Shown here: in pieces, positions 10,983 through 22,444 of the stretch
Position numbering within the stretch: position 1 is the stretch's first letter
Layout: the number at the start of each line of letters is the position of its first letter
Position numbers and translations under genes: made by a program
Assembly: GCF_006345805.1 (NCBI RefSeq)
Contig: NC_043005.1
Location: forward strand, 31,310,001 to 31,374,000
DNA: 64,000 nucleotides
Direction of reading: 5' to 3'
DNA from: Octopus sinensis
Lineage: Eukaryota
The notes under the pieces: model-generated
Database searches by the model: none
What the model was told of the DNA's origin: nothing
Seen by the model: the letters and a program-made list of their open reading frames with translations, nothing else

Positions 10983-11943
10983 TATAACATAAATGATAGA
11001 GGAATGGGGTGGGGGTTAAGAGGTAGAGGAAGCACTAAGTGTAGTAGTAGCTATTAATTGTGAAGCAAATATATGAAGAATTAAGAATTAAGGAAATAGC
11101 AGTGTTAATTATTCTGAGAAAATATTTATGTGAAGATGTATATGCTTGTATATCAGATAAGTTATAGAGATAAGTTACAAATACAATCTTCGTGTATCAT
11201 CGTTCCTACATGTGCAATTATCTCAATTTTGCACGTGTATAAATGTTTACATATACCGACATGCATGCATACCTATATTCGTTTACATATATACACGTAC
11301 ACACCCATACGCGCGTATATCTCCACTCCTACTTTCAAACTACCTCCACTGACCACTGACCAACCTATATCTTAATTTTTCTTTTTTCTTTTCCTTATTC
11401 TCTTTATTCATACCTTCAGGGGTTTTATTATTTATTTTTGGTTTTACTAATCTTCTTTCTTCTTTCTCTCCTCCTCTTATCTTTTTTTTTCTTTGTCATT
11501 CCTCTCTTCCTGTTTTCAATTTGACCAAACTAATACACTCCCTATTTCTAGGTCAGTTTAAACACGAACCTCGAATCTGCTACATTCTATATAAATTCCC
11601 TACTGGGAATGATCGACTTTAAGAGAATCTTACATTGCTTATAAACTTTACATCTGGATGGACTCATATTAAACTCTGTTGGACTTTTGGATTTTACTCA
11701 AAGGATATTGGAATATTACACATATATACCATTATGCCTATAAAACGGATTTATGAACTCAATAACCATACATATCTTACATCAATTTTCTTTCCTCCAC
11801 CTCATTCTCTATTTGTATCACATCGAAACTAACTATGACTTAATTTTTCCTCTCACACCGTCTCCAATGAAGGGATATTATTATTAATTAATATTCTAGA
11901 AACAGCTGTAAGACTTTCTACCTATAAATGCTCTAATATCTAT

Positions 11944-13320
11944 TCCTTTTGAAAGCCAGATTTTCCTAGTTAACTAAACAATTTGAAACTTCGTATACTG
12001 GTAGAATGTGTCAAAAGAAAACATAATTGTAAACCAAAATGAAAACGGAATTGTAATTTTAAAGTTTAACGTTGTTTAAAAATTCGAATTTTAACCAATG
12101 ATATTCTTTCTTTCGGCCTCATATTATTTACTGCTTCTCAAAATATTGTTACTGTGACGTAAACAGCTATTTTGTGACGTTGTTAACATAGCTAAAATGT
12201 AAACAAAGCCACTTCTGGTACTTACGGTACTTATACCGAAGGGTCGCCGTCGAATGTACCAACCGTAGTATTTATAATTTTTGGCGTAAGAAATGACGCT
12301 AGGCATTTTATCCGATGCACTACCGATTCTGCCAGCTTTACATAATATTTTTCGTCGAAGTTTAACTATGTCACCTTGATGATATATTTTTACGCGTGGA
12401 CAAATGATAGAGAGATAATGTGGATCAGATGATATTACATGCTGACAAGGGCTTGGTAAAGGACTGTTAGAATGTTTAGGGATACGGTCCTATACGTTCG
12501 GGTTTCAACCCTCACCGGAATTCAAAACAAGCCGTCTGTTCTTCCACGGTCGAGAAAATACATCGATCAAGTATTGGAGATCGATATAATGATTATACCC
12601 TCCACTCACCCCAAAATATATGCTTTGTGTCTATAATCAATATTACAAATATATTGTTATTGCTATTTACTCAGATCATCCTGATAAACCCGGTTGAGGA
12701 TCAAAGGGTTCCAACTATGACCAACCCGTATTTTTGCGCCCCCCCCCTTTCAGATATAGCATCTATGATTATATTAGCCAATGTACCCTTCCTTTAACCA
12801 GTAGTATATGGTTTTAAGGGGATTTGGGTGTTATTCCTAGCACATCGACGAGCGAAAACGCAGAGGGGCCCTGATTATGTGCGAGTATGCGTATGGATGG
12901 GTACGTGTGGTATGTGGGTGCATACAAGCCAAATAACCGGTTCAAGGCGTGTGTCAAACTGAAGAATCAAAACGTGTGCACAAGTTTATAGTAAATATAT
13001 ACATTGTATAGAGAAAACACCCGAAGCCTATACAAAAACACTGATATGTGTTTATTATTCATCCAAGTAAACAGTACATGTGTGCTGTTTACGTCACAGT
13101 AACAATATGTTTAGACGGAGCAAATAATTTCAACTCAATACAGAGAATACGATTGGTTAAAATTCGCAGATTTAAATTACGTTTAAACTTATAAAATACA
13201 TTTATGTCAAAAAAACTAGTTGAAATTATTGTTTTCTTTTGACACATTCTACCAGTATACGAAGTTTCGAATTATTTAGTTAACTAGAAAAATCTGAAAA
13301 ATTTGGCTTTCAAAAAGAAA
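11944..13320. mobile_element. Non-autonomous long-TIR (MITE/foldback-like) DNA element
   Basis: Imperfect ~220 bp terminal inverted repeats: ttttgaaagcca...cttcgtatactggtagaatgtgtcaaaagaaaac versus its reverse complement at 13230-13320, and atattgttactgtgacgtaaacagc (~12145) versus ~13085. No coding remnant recognised. Confidence 0.75.
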
Positions 13321-13365
13321 AGATCCCAGCCTTGGTTTTTTTTCATCTCATTACGCAAAAATTCC

Positions 13366-13389
13366 TGTATGTGTATGTATGTATGTATG

Positions 13390-13421
<32 letters not shown>

Positions 13422-13637
13422 TGTATGTATGTATGTATGTATGTTGTATGTATGTATGTATGTATGTATGTAGGTATGTATGTATGTATGTATGTATGTT
13501 GTATGTATGTATGTATGTATGTATGTATGTATGTATGTATGTATGTTATGTATGTTGTATGTATGTATGATGTATGTATGTATGTATGTATGTATGTATG
13601 TATGTATGTATGTATGTATGTATGTATGTATGTATGT
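13366..13637. repeat. (ATGT)n microsatellite, ~270 bp
   Basis: Direct reading; explains the MYVC/HTYI ORFs in the track. Confidence 0.97.
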
Positions 13638-13797
13638 ACGAAGGGCTTCTTTCAGTTTCCGTCTATCAAATCCATTCACAAGGCTTTGGTCGGATCGAGG
13701 CAATGGTAGAAGACACTTGCCCAAGGTGCCACGCAGTGGTATTGAACCTGAAACCATGCGGTTGGGAATTATGGTTCTTTCACACAGCCACACTGCC

Positions 13798-13842
<45 letters not shown>

Positions 13843-13886
13843 CGGGAATCTTTATGAAAATAAACAAAAGACGAAGGCAGGTGGAA

Positions 13887-13927
<41 letters not shown>

Positions 13928-13940
13928 TATAATATATATG

Positions 13941-13977
<37 letters not shown>

Positions 13978-14953
13978 ACACATACATACATATATATATA
14001 TATATAAGATAAAACTTACTTGGAAAAGGATGCGTGGCGTTCGATCATATATAATATAAATAAATAATATATAAATATATGCATATATACTCTCTCTCTT
14101 TTACTTGTTTCAGTCATTTGACTGCGGCCATGCTGGAGCACCGCCTTTAGTCGAGCAAATCGACCCCGGGACTTATTCTTTGTAAGCCCAGTACTTATTC
14201 TATCGGCCCCTTTTGCCGAACCGCTAAGTGACGGGGACGTAAACACACCAGCATCGGTTGTCAAGCAATGCTAGGGGGACAAACACAGACACACAAATAC
14301 ATATATATGTATACATATATACGATAGGCTTCTTTCAGTTTCCATCTACCAAATCCACTCACAAGGCATTGGTCGGCCCGAGGCTATAGTAGAAGATGGG
14401 ACTGAACCCGGAACCATGTGGTTGGTAAGCAAGCTACTTACCACACAGCCACTCCTGCGAAGTCCCGGGGTCGATTTGCTCGAGTAAAGGCGGTGCTCCA
14501 GCATGGCCGCAGTCAAATGACTGAAACAAGTAAAAGAGTAAAGAGTATATATATATATATATATGTGTGTGTTTGTGTGTCTGTGTTTGTCCCCCTAGCA
14601 TTGCTTGTCAACCGATGCTGGTGTGTTTATGTCACCGTCACTTAGCGGTTCGGCAAAAGAGACCGATAGAATAAGTACTGGGCTTACAAAAGAATAAGTC
14701 CCGGGATCGAGTTGCTCGATTAAAGGCGGTGCTCCAGCATGGCCGCAGTCAAATGACTGAAACAAGTAAAAGAGAGAGAGTATATATATATACGACGGGC
14801 TTCTTTCAGTTTCCGTCTACCAAATCCACTCACAAGGCTTTGGTCAGCCCGAGGCTATAGTAGAAGACACTTGCCCAAGGTGCCACGCAGTGGGATTGAA
14901 CCCGGAACCATGTGGGGTAAACAAACTACTTACCACACAGCCACTCCTGCGCC
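13636..14953. mobile_element. Cluster of family 2 SINE copies in alternating orientation
   Basis: 5' half 13636-13799(-), near-full copy 14092-14459(-), 3' pieces 14459-14545(+) and 14565-14780(+), 5' half 14788-14953(-). Head ggcgcaggagtggctgtgtggtaag...ccgggttca(a/g)tccc has A/B-box-like motifs. Confidence 0.88.
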
Positions 14954-15050
14954 TACATACATATATATACATACCTACATATATATGTATATATACATTC
15001 ATATATGGGTACAGGACATCAAAAAAAACGTTGAACAGAATGAGAAACGA

Positions 15051-15108
<58 letters not shown>

Positions 15109-16281
15109 TATATGTATGTATGTATATATATAAGGAAGTAATTATGCACGTACGCTGCGAAATATATAATAGACCTTTATATAAATAAATAACGTGAAAT
15201 ACACGAAGGGACGAACAAAAAGACAAACGGTTCATTCAAAGCCTTCATTCTTCAGTCAGAAACTGATCCCTCATCGCAGATTTCGGCTGTTTAATTCTGA
15301 GATCCGCTCTGAATCAGCCAGCCACAGAAGGAAAGAATGAAACGCAACAGAGACGAACATGAAACGAAAAATCTTTTTTGGGGACAGTAACGGTTAAAAA
15401 CATGGTTGACACAGGCGCCCTACGGCTTTGAGACAAACAGAGAGACACAAAAACAATATCAACAGCGTGGAAAAAATTACCTTTTCGGTGTTAAGACACA
15501 TGTTGAACAAGCGGTCGATGGAAACGAGGCAGCAAGTTGCAAGAGGATAAGAGAGAGAAAAGGGGGTAAGAGAGAGAGAGGGGACAGTGACCGAGAGAGA
15601 GAGAGAGAGAGGGAGAGAAGGAATCGAAGGAAAGAAAATAGTTTAAAGACATCGTGCAGGGGTACATACATGCTCAAATATTTAAGTAATTAAAATGTAC
15701 ATATATATATATATATATACATACGCAAATAAATACAAGCACATACATGTTGCTTATACATTAAGCCCTCACATGTATAAACATAGCTATGCACTGTGTG
15801 TAATCATATATAAAAATATAGCACATGAATATATGTGTATTTGTGTGTGTGTGTATGTGTTATCTTATAATAAAAGAAAAAACCCACAAATCTTGTACAT
15901 ACAACTACCCAGGTTTTCCTGGTCGAAATAATAATTTATCACGCCATTTATAAAGCTGAAAATAAGACCTTTTGTCAGTTGTCTTTTGTGCAAATAACGG
16001 TTAGAAAGAAGACGCTTGTAAAGAAGATGAGAAAATCACAATGGAGATAACCAACGCTGTAATAAATCAATGTCAAGCGGACGTAAACCAGATGTTAACG
16101 GTTTACTAAGATGTATTTCTTGAAATCCGGACAATCATACATACATACATACATACATACATACATACATACATACATACATACATACATACATACATAC
16201 ATACATACATGCATACATATATACATATATATGTATATAAATATATATATAACAATTTAATAAATAAAACATATGCATACA

Positions 16282-16314
<33 letters not shown>

Positions 16315-16559
16315 GTACATACCTACATCTATATGTATATATATACATGCATATATGAGTACAGGACACCACAAATAAACGTAGAACACAACGAGAAACG
16401 AAAACATAAAAACAAAACAAGGAAACGGACATTTTTTTTTTAACAACGAAAAAACAGAGTACAAGACAAACAACAGAGGGAACATTCCCCTTCTTCAGCT
16501 GCCTCTGTTTCGACTCAATTCGTGTTTCGAAGGTAATATATATATATATATATATGTAC

Positions 16560-16933
16560 ATATAGTGAGAATTTGCAAAAAAAAAGGAAGACGAAGGCGG
16601 TTGTGTAAACAACAAACAAACGTATTAGTTTAACTCTCGGGAAGTGAGAGTTTTCTACGTTTTGAGCCTGCGCTCTTCGACAGAAAGGAACGCAGAAATA
16701 AACAGAGAGAGAAAATAGAAAAGGTATAGTGGCTAGCGATCTATCATGGTGTATATATATACAGAGTTAGCGGTTATAGTAACCGACTAAGGAATAAAAT
16801 ATCGGTATATACTATCGGTATCCGCTACATGTATTATCCCCGAGCATTGGTGTGCAGGCACAACATACACATAAAGTCCAAATAACAACAGGATAAACAA
16901 GAATTTAACAGGAACAATTTTCTAATTATTTGC

Positions 16934-16991
<58 letters not shown>

Positions 16992-18335
16992 AAATGGATG
17001 AATGAATTATCCTTTGTTTACCGTTAACATGGAAAATTCAGACAAAGGTTACCAGGGTAGCAAAATTCACGCAAGTAAGAAGGATGTAGCGACACACTAA
17101 AAGGTAGAAACTCCGGGTTAATGTGCAGTAATTTGTATAGTATAAGTAAATAAATGCAGTTGAACGCAGATGTTATTCAAATTCTTTTACTTTCGACATA
17201 TGTTTCGAAAGAATACATGGTGTAAAATAACGCAATCTTCTCATCAGGAAAGAAAGAGAACCTATCTCAACAATAAGACATTATAACGAGTTTGATGACT
17301 GCATAAATGATAAAATGAGAAGATTGCATTATTTTATACCGTGTATTCCTTTGGGATAAAACCAAACATATGTCGAAAGTAAAAGAATTTGAATAACATC
17401 TGAGTTCAACTCCATTTATTTACTTATACTATACAATTTATATATATAGGGGAGAATTCACAAAAAAAATAAAAGACGAAGACAGGTGGTGTAGACAACA
17501 AACAGATATATTAGTTTAACGCTCGGGAAGTGAGAAAGTCTTCTACGTTTCGAGCCTACGCTCTTCCACAGAAAGGAACACAGAAAGAAACAAGGAGAGA
17601 AAATAAAGAATGTGTAGTGGCTAGCGATCTATCATGGCGAATGCCGGACAAAAGGGTCACACAGGAGAGCTAGGGTGAAGGGGAGATAATAAAGTAGTAA
17701 TGATCCCAAAACGAAAGTGCGCGAGCGTGTGTGTAAGAGAGTTTGTATGTGCGTGTGGGAGAGGGCTGGTAATCCTGACGTGTGCCTGTGTGTATTTGTA
17801 GGTGTGAACATGTGGGTCTGGGAAGTGGTCAGTGCTGATGTGTGCGTGGTGGTGTGTTGTGATGTGATGTGTTGTGTGGTATAGTGGTGTAAGGTGTAGT
17901 GGCGTGTGGTGTAGTGTGATGGTGTTGGGAGGTAGGGGAGGAGAGAGTGACGAAAGCAAGGGTGTGGTGTGGGTTAGGCTGAGGGTAGGGGTCTTTATTT
18001 TCTCTCTTGTTTCTTTCTGTATTCCTTTCTGTGGAAGAGCGCAGGCTCGAAACGTAGAAGACTTTCTCACTTCCCGAACGTTAAACTAATACATCTGTTT
18101 GTTGTCTACACCACCTGTCTTCGTCTTTTGTTCGACCCCTACCCTCAGCCTAACCCACACCACACCCTTGCTTTCGCCACTCTCTCCTCCCCTACCTCCA
18201 AACACCATCATACTACACCACACGCCACTACACCTTACACCACTATACCACACATCACATCACATCACAACGCACCACCACGCACACATCGGCACTGACC
18301 ACTTTCCAGACCCACATTTTTACACCTACAAATAC
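16560..18335. repeat. Nested direct and inverted copies of Penelope-pLTR-like repeats
   Basis: 16560-16760 resembles 17445-17645 (direct). 17465-17610 versus 17995-18130 and ~17790-17990 versus 18135-18335 are inverted. A separate inverted pair lies at 17130-17245 / 17315-17440. Confidence 0.8.
17190..17252 (-). ncRNA. Canonical type I hammerhead ribozyme
   Basis: ctttc-CTGATGA-gaagattgcgt(tattttacacc)atgtattctttc-GAAAC-atat-GTC-gaaag. All core nucleotides present, 5-bp stem I, G10.1-C11.1 pair, GUC cleavage triplet (cut between 17195 and 17194). Confidence 0.8.
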
Positions 18336-19974
18336 ACATTGGGGTATGTGGGTAGGCAGAAGCGGAGATTTTGTGAAACACTTGTAGCTGGGGTATTTCA
18401 CCTGAGAAACGTTGACACTGATGAGCAAAACACCGATATACATGATTTTCGTACACTTCTGGGGCGATTCCGATTCGTTTAAAGTTACGATCGAAATCGT
18501 ATTTTTATATGCCGTTTATGTTGTTAAATCTGTTTTGGTCAAGAGACCGTCCATTTCTCTATTGTGAAACACTCGTACTTTTACTGGGTTTCTATTTCAG
18601 AATTCTGTATATTTTTCCACCTAATCGATGTCGGTTCAAGCTTTCGGTACGGGTATTGCACTGATGAGATGATCTCCACTTGATATACCGGTATAATTAG
18701 TATTATGTCCCCTTATAATGATCAGTCTTTTATTTGTACAAGAGAACTAAATTCATCATCTGCTTTACTATATCCTTAATTTCAGAATGATTCACTGTAA
18801 TATCTGAGGTGTTTCCGGGAAGTATGATGATCTGATCTTAATGATAAGTAGCAAATGTTTTCTTTTACACACTTGTCATGAATATAGCATATAGAACTAC
18901 TTCGATCTAATTATTCTGAAGTGATGAACTGTTAACGCGAGTTGACATTTCATATCCCTTCCATTACATTTCGTGCTCTTGGCTATATCAAGTGAGTGCT
19001 AAGTAAGTATTCCTATTCTGTCTCCGTTAACCTTTAACTAGTTTTATTGAAGGAAGATAAAGAGGTAATCATTTCTCTCGGCGAGTTTGCGGTTGAAAGC
19101 TAGGTAACAAATGATTTGAAGGAATTAAGTTACAAGAAAACAAAATTAAAGAAGCAGGAAGATACGGATATAATATCGCCTCTAATAATACAGACCTGTC
19201 TCTATAAAATTGTGAACAATATTTAGACGTCTCTACAACTAGTTTATATATGTAACATTTATTTCAAATTGCTTACATGGAAGCATAGTAACACATATAT
19301 CATTTGAATATACGCCTCGACTCAGAACCAGAGTGATATCACTGATGACATCATTTTGTTTGGACATGCTACAATGAAAACTCATTAATATTGGTAGAAA
19401 TATTTTTCAAATCTGGTTTGGATTTCAGAACGTAACTATATTGTATGATAGCAAGAAAGACTGACTCGTTGTTTTTCCGTTTCAAGAATAATTTTCGTAT
19501 ATAGATTATTTTCTCTGTCACAACTAATATCCACAACAGATATTTCTAAATCTAGTGTGTCGCTCTTTTGAAGAATAATTAGTGTCAACAATTTTCACAA
19601 TAATAAACCTAAATTTGCTGTAGGAAACGAATACACTACATAGGAACCGATATTCTGAAACTATTTCTGGTAACTTGATTTGTTATTAACCATATTAGCT
19701 ATCTGTATAGTGATGTATGTTTGTATGTAACGCATATGTGTGAATGTCGAGTTTGGTTTAACTGTTCTCGAAATGGAAACAAATGAAAGCGAGATATAAA
19801 TATTCCGGAAGATTTTTAACTCAAGTTGCTAGAAAAGATGATGCGACCACCACTAACTGGATTCAGTGATTAGGTGTTCAGCTTCATAATATACAGCACC
19901 AATCATACAAATAAGACTGATTAGACTGATAATGATAATGAATAAATTAAACAAAATAAGGTTAAGTTGTCAAA

Positions 19975-20590
19975 TACGAGGTTTGATCAATAAGTATCCG
20001 GACTGTTGCCATAGTAACGAAGCTAAAACACGCAAAGCAAAGCCGCTTGGCAAAGATTGACTATGTACTCTGCTGTGCATGCGCACAAAGCTTTAACATT
20101 CTAACTCACTTCCTCTGTTTACAGCAGTGATTGGAAGAAAGATATGTAGCATGTGACCGTCGCATTGACCATGACAGAGAAAGTTGTCACGGCGATACCT
20201 GCTCAGAAGCCTACGCAAAGTTGCAGAAAGTGTATGGAGAGGAGCTGACCAAAAAGACACCCGGGTTTCAGTTAGACAAGATCTCTTTGATTGCGTTGAG
20301 AACGATGAAAACTTTTTGAAAACATAGCGTAGGCCTCTGAGCAGGTGTCGCCAGGTTTTTGGCAAAAGTTGATGCAGATTCTCTGCTCAACTTCCTCTGT
20401 TATGGTCAATGCGACGATCCCACCTTCCTTCCGAGCACTGCTGTAAACAGCAGAAGTGAGCCTGAACGTTAAAACTTAGTGCACATGTACAACAGATTTC
20501 AGAGTCAATTTGTACTAAGCGGTTTTACTCTGTGTGGTTTAGTTTCGTTGCTATGACAATAGTCCGGATACTTATTGATCAAACCACCTA
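19975..20590 (+). mobile_element. Internally deleted mariner (Tc1/mariner) element
   Basis: ~65 bp imperfect TIRs (ta-cgaggtttgatcaataagtatccggact / agtccggatacttattgatcaaacc). Remnant TCSEAYAKLQKVYGEE resembles the mariner N-terminal HTH. Confidence 0.85.
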
Positions 20591-20862
20591 TGCTTACCGC
20601 TTAAAGGAATATAGAGTGACTCTACTCCTATAAACATATTCGTGTCTTTATATATAAATCTGAAATTACAATAATATTTAACACCCCACTAACCCAGATG
20701 CATCTGCAGTACCTAACTTTATACGTAATGTTGACAACGTTTCTTCTTCACCTTCACGTGATTAGCCAAAGGCGAAACTGAATATAAGCAATTTGTCTAT
20801 TTTAAAAAATGTATAATATAAATATATGTGTGCACACGTACATACATACATACATACATACA

Positions 20863-20893
<31 letters not shown>

Positions 20894-20902
20894 GTATGTA
20901 TA

Positions 20903-20966
<64 letters not shown>

Positions 20967-21469
20967 ATGCATATATATATATATATATATGTATATATTT
21001 GCATATATATATACACATACACACACACATATATATATATATATGTGTATATATATGTATGTGTGTATATGTATATATGTATATGTATAAATATATGCAT
21101 GTATGTATGTTTATGTATATATTCATGCACACGCATATACATATGCACATGGGGAGGGGGAATAAATTAACCTAAAAGTATCGATCATGTCATTTTTCAA
21201 TATAAAATCGTAATCAATATATTTTCGTCACGTTTTGATGCCTATGAATTTTTATCAATTTAACTTAGCTTCAAATACACTTTTAAAAAATGTCAATATT
21301 AGACAAAATTTTCACCTGTTGTTTTGCTGCACACCAAAAGAAATACTTTTTTCTATCAAAGAATTGTCAATAATACATTTAGCTTTCTTGTTTCTTCGAT
21401 ATTAATTATTTGCTTTTAAAGCTATGATTTAGAAAGCAAAGTAGCATTTTCAATGTTCGGATTTGTACT

Positions 21470-21700
21470 AAACAGCTGAGTGAGCAGTGAACACTTGGAA
21501 AACTACTAAATGGGGGGGAAAATTAATGAACCTTTGGAGGAGCATTGAACGCTGAGGAAGTAGTGAACATTTTTGAGAGTAGTAAATGGATGGATTAGTG
21601 AACAGCCGGGGCAGCATTGGAATAGCAATAAACAGTTGGAGGAGTAGTGAACAGCCGGAGAAGTACTAGGCAATTGGAAGAATAGTGAACACTAAAAGTA
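21470..21700 (+). repeat. Degenerate ~22 bp purine-rich minisatellite
   Basis: Repeated (g/a)gtagtgaaca(g/c)...gga motif. Confidence 0.6.
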
Positions 21701-21970
21701 AAGACGCCCTTCGGTCATGATTGACCATGGGATTGCACCCACCTAGAAAGTTACTCTCCAAGGCACAAGTCCGGACAAGGTTGTTTGTGGAAGACCAGCA
21801 GTCGCTCAACCAGTGATGCCGCAACTCATTTCTATAGCTGAGTGAACTGGAGCAACATGAAATGAAGTGTCTTGCTCAAGAGCACAACGCACAACCCGGT
21901 TCTGGCATCGAACTCACTACTTCATGATTTTGAGTCCGACGCTCCAACCACTGGGCCATGCGCCTTCACT
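21700..21970 (-). mobile_element. tRNA-derived SINE, family 3
   Basis: Minus-strand head gtgaaggcgcatggcccagtggttggagcg...gagttcgatgcc (A and B boxes), followed by ttgagcaagacacttcatttcatgttgctccagttcactcagc. Confidence 0.75.
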
Positions 21971-22444
21971 TAGTGAGCACTAATACAATCAAAGTTTCTT
22001 CTTCAAATGCGACATGCTTCATCTCACCTATATCGTTGATACTCCTTAAAATGTTGTAAAAAGTCAACAATAATTTTACTCGTTCTTTCTGATATTGTAT
22101 GTTTCAGAGTAAATTCTCACATTATAGTGTTTCACACAAAATACATTCCTATTTGATGATCATATTTTCAATCCCTAATGTTTCCTGTTATGTGGCTATT
22201 TAGATCTCAATACTACACATGTAAATTCCGCCTCTATGCATGTATGCTTGACGTGTCAGTGAAAGGGGTGAGAGGAGGCATAACCGAGTTGTTTTTGGTT
22301 ATTTTTTTACTATAATGGACGGGTCTTCTCGAGTACAGCAAAAATCTGTCCTTTGTAATCTCCTTCAAAACAGACGAATCATAAATGAAAATACTGTGAT
22401 CGACAAATCAGGAGCAAGACATAAAATTAAGAATTAAATTTTTT

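Larger units (their letters stand above)
10120..11942. repeat. Long inverted repeat pair (arms ~10120-10762 and ~11317-11942), Penelope pLTR-like
   Basis: ORF track shows near-identical peptides at 10229..10426(-) and 11635..11832(+). Each arm carries a hammerhead-like motif; a SINE lies in the spacer. Confidence 0.85.

Noticed and set aside
14400-14460. tRNA genes
   Set aside because: The A/B-box-like motifs here and elsewhere are SINE heads and do not fold into complete cloverleafs by eye.
15235-15330. CTGAAGA/GAAA-like words in a repeat
   Set aside because: Could not assemble a three-stem junction.
18400-18440. GAAACGTT...CTGATGA hammerhead-like words
   Set aside because: Only 4 nt separate the cleavage triplet from the core, and no stem II can be formed.
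18655-18700. CTGATGA followed by a small hairpin
   Set aside because: No GAAA or stem III follows.
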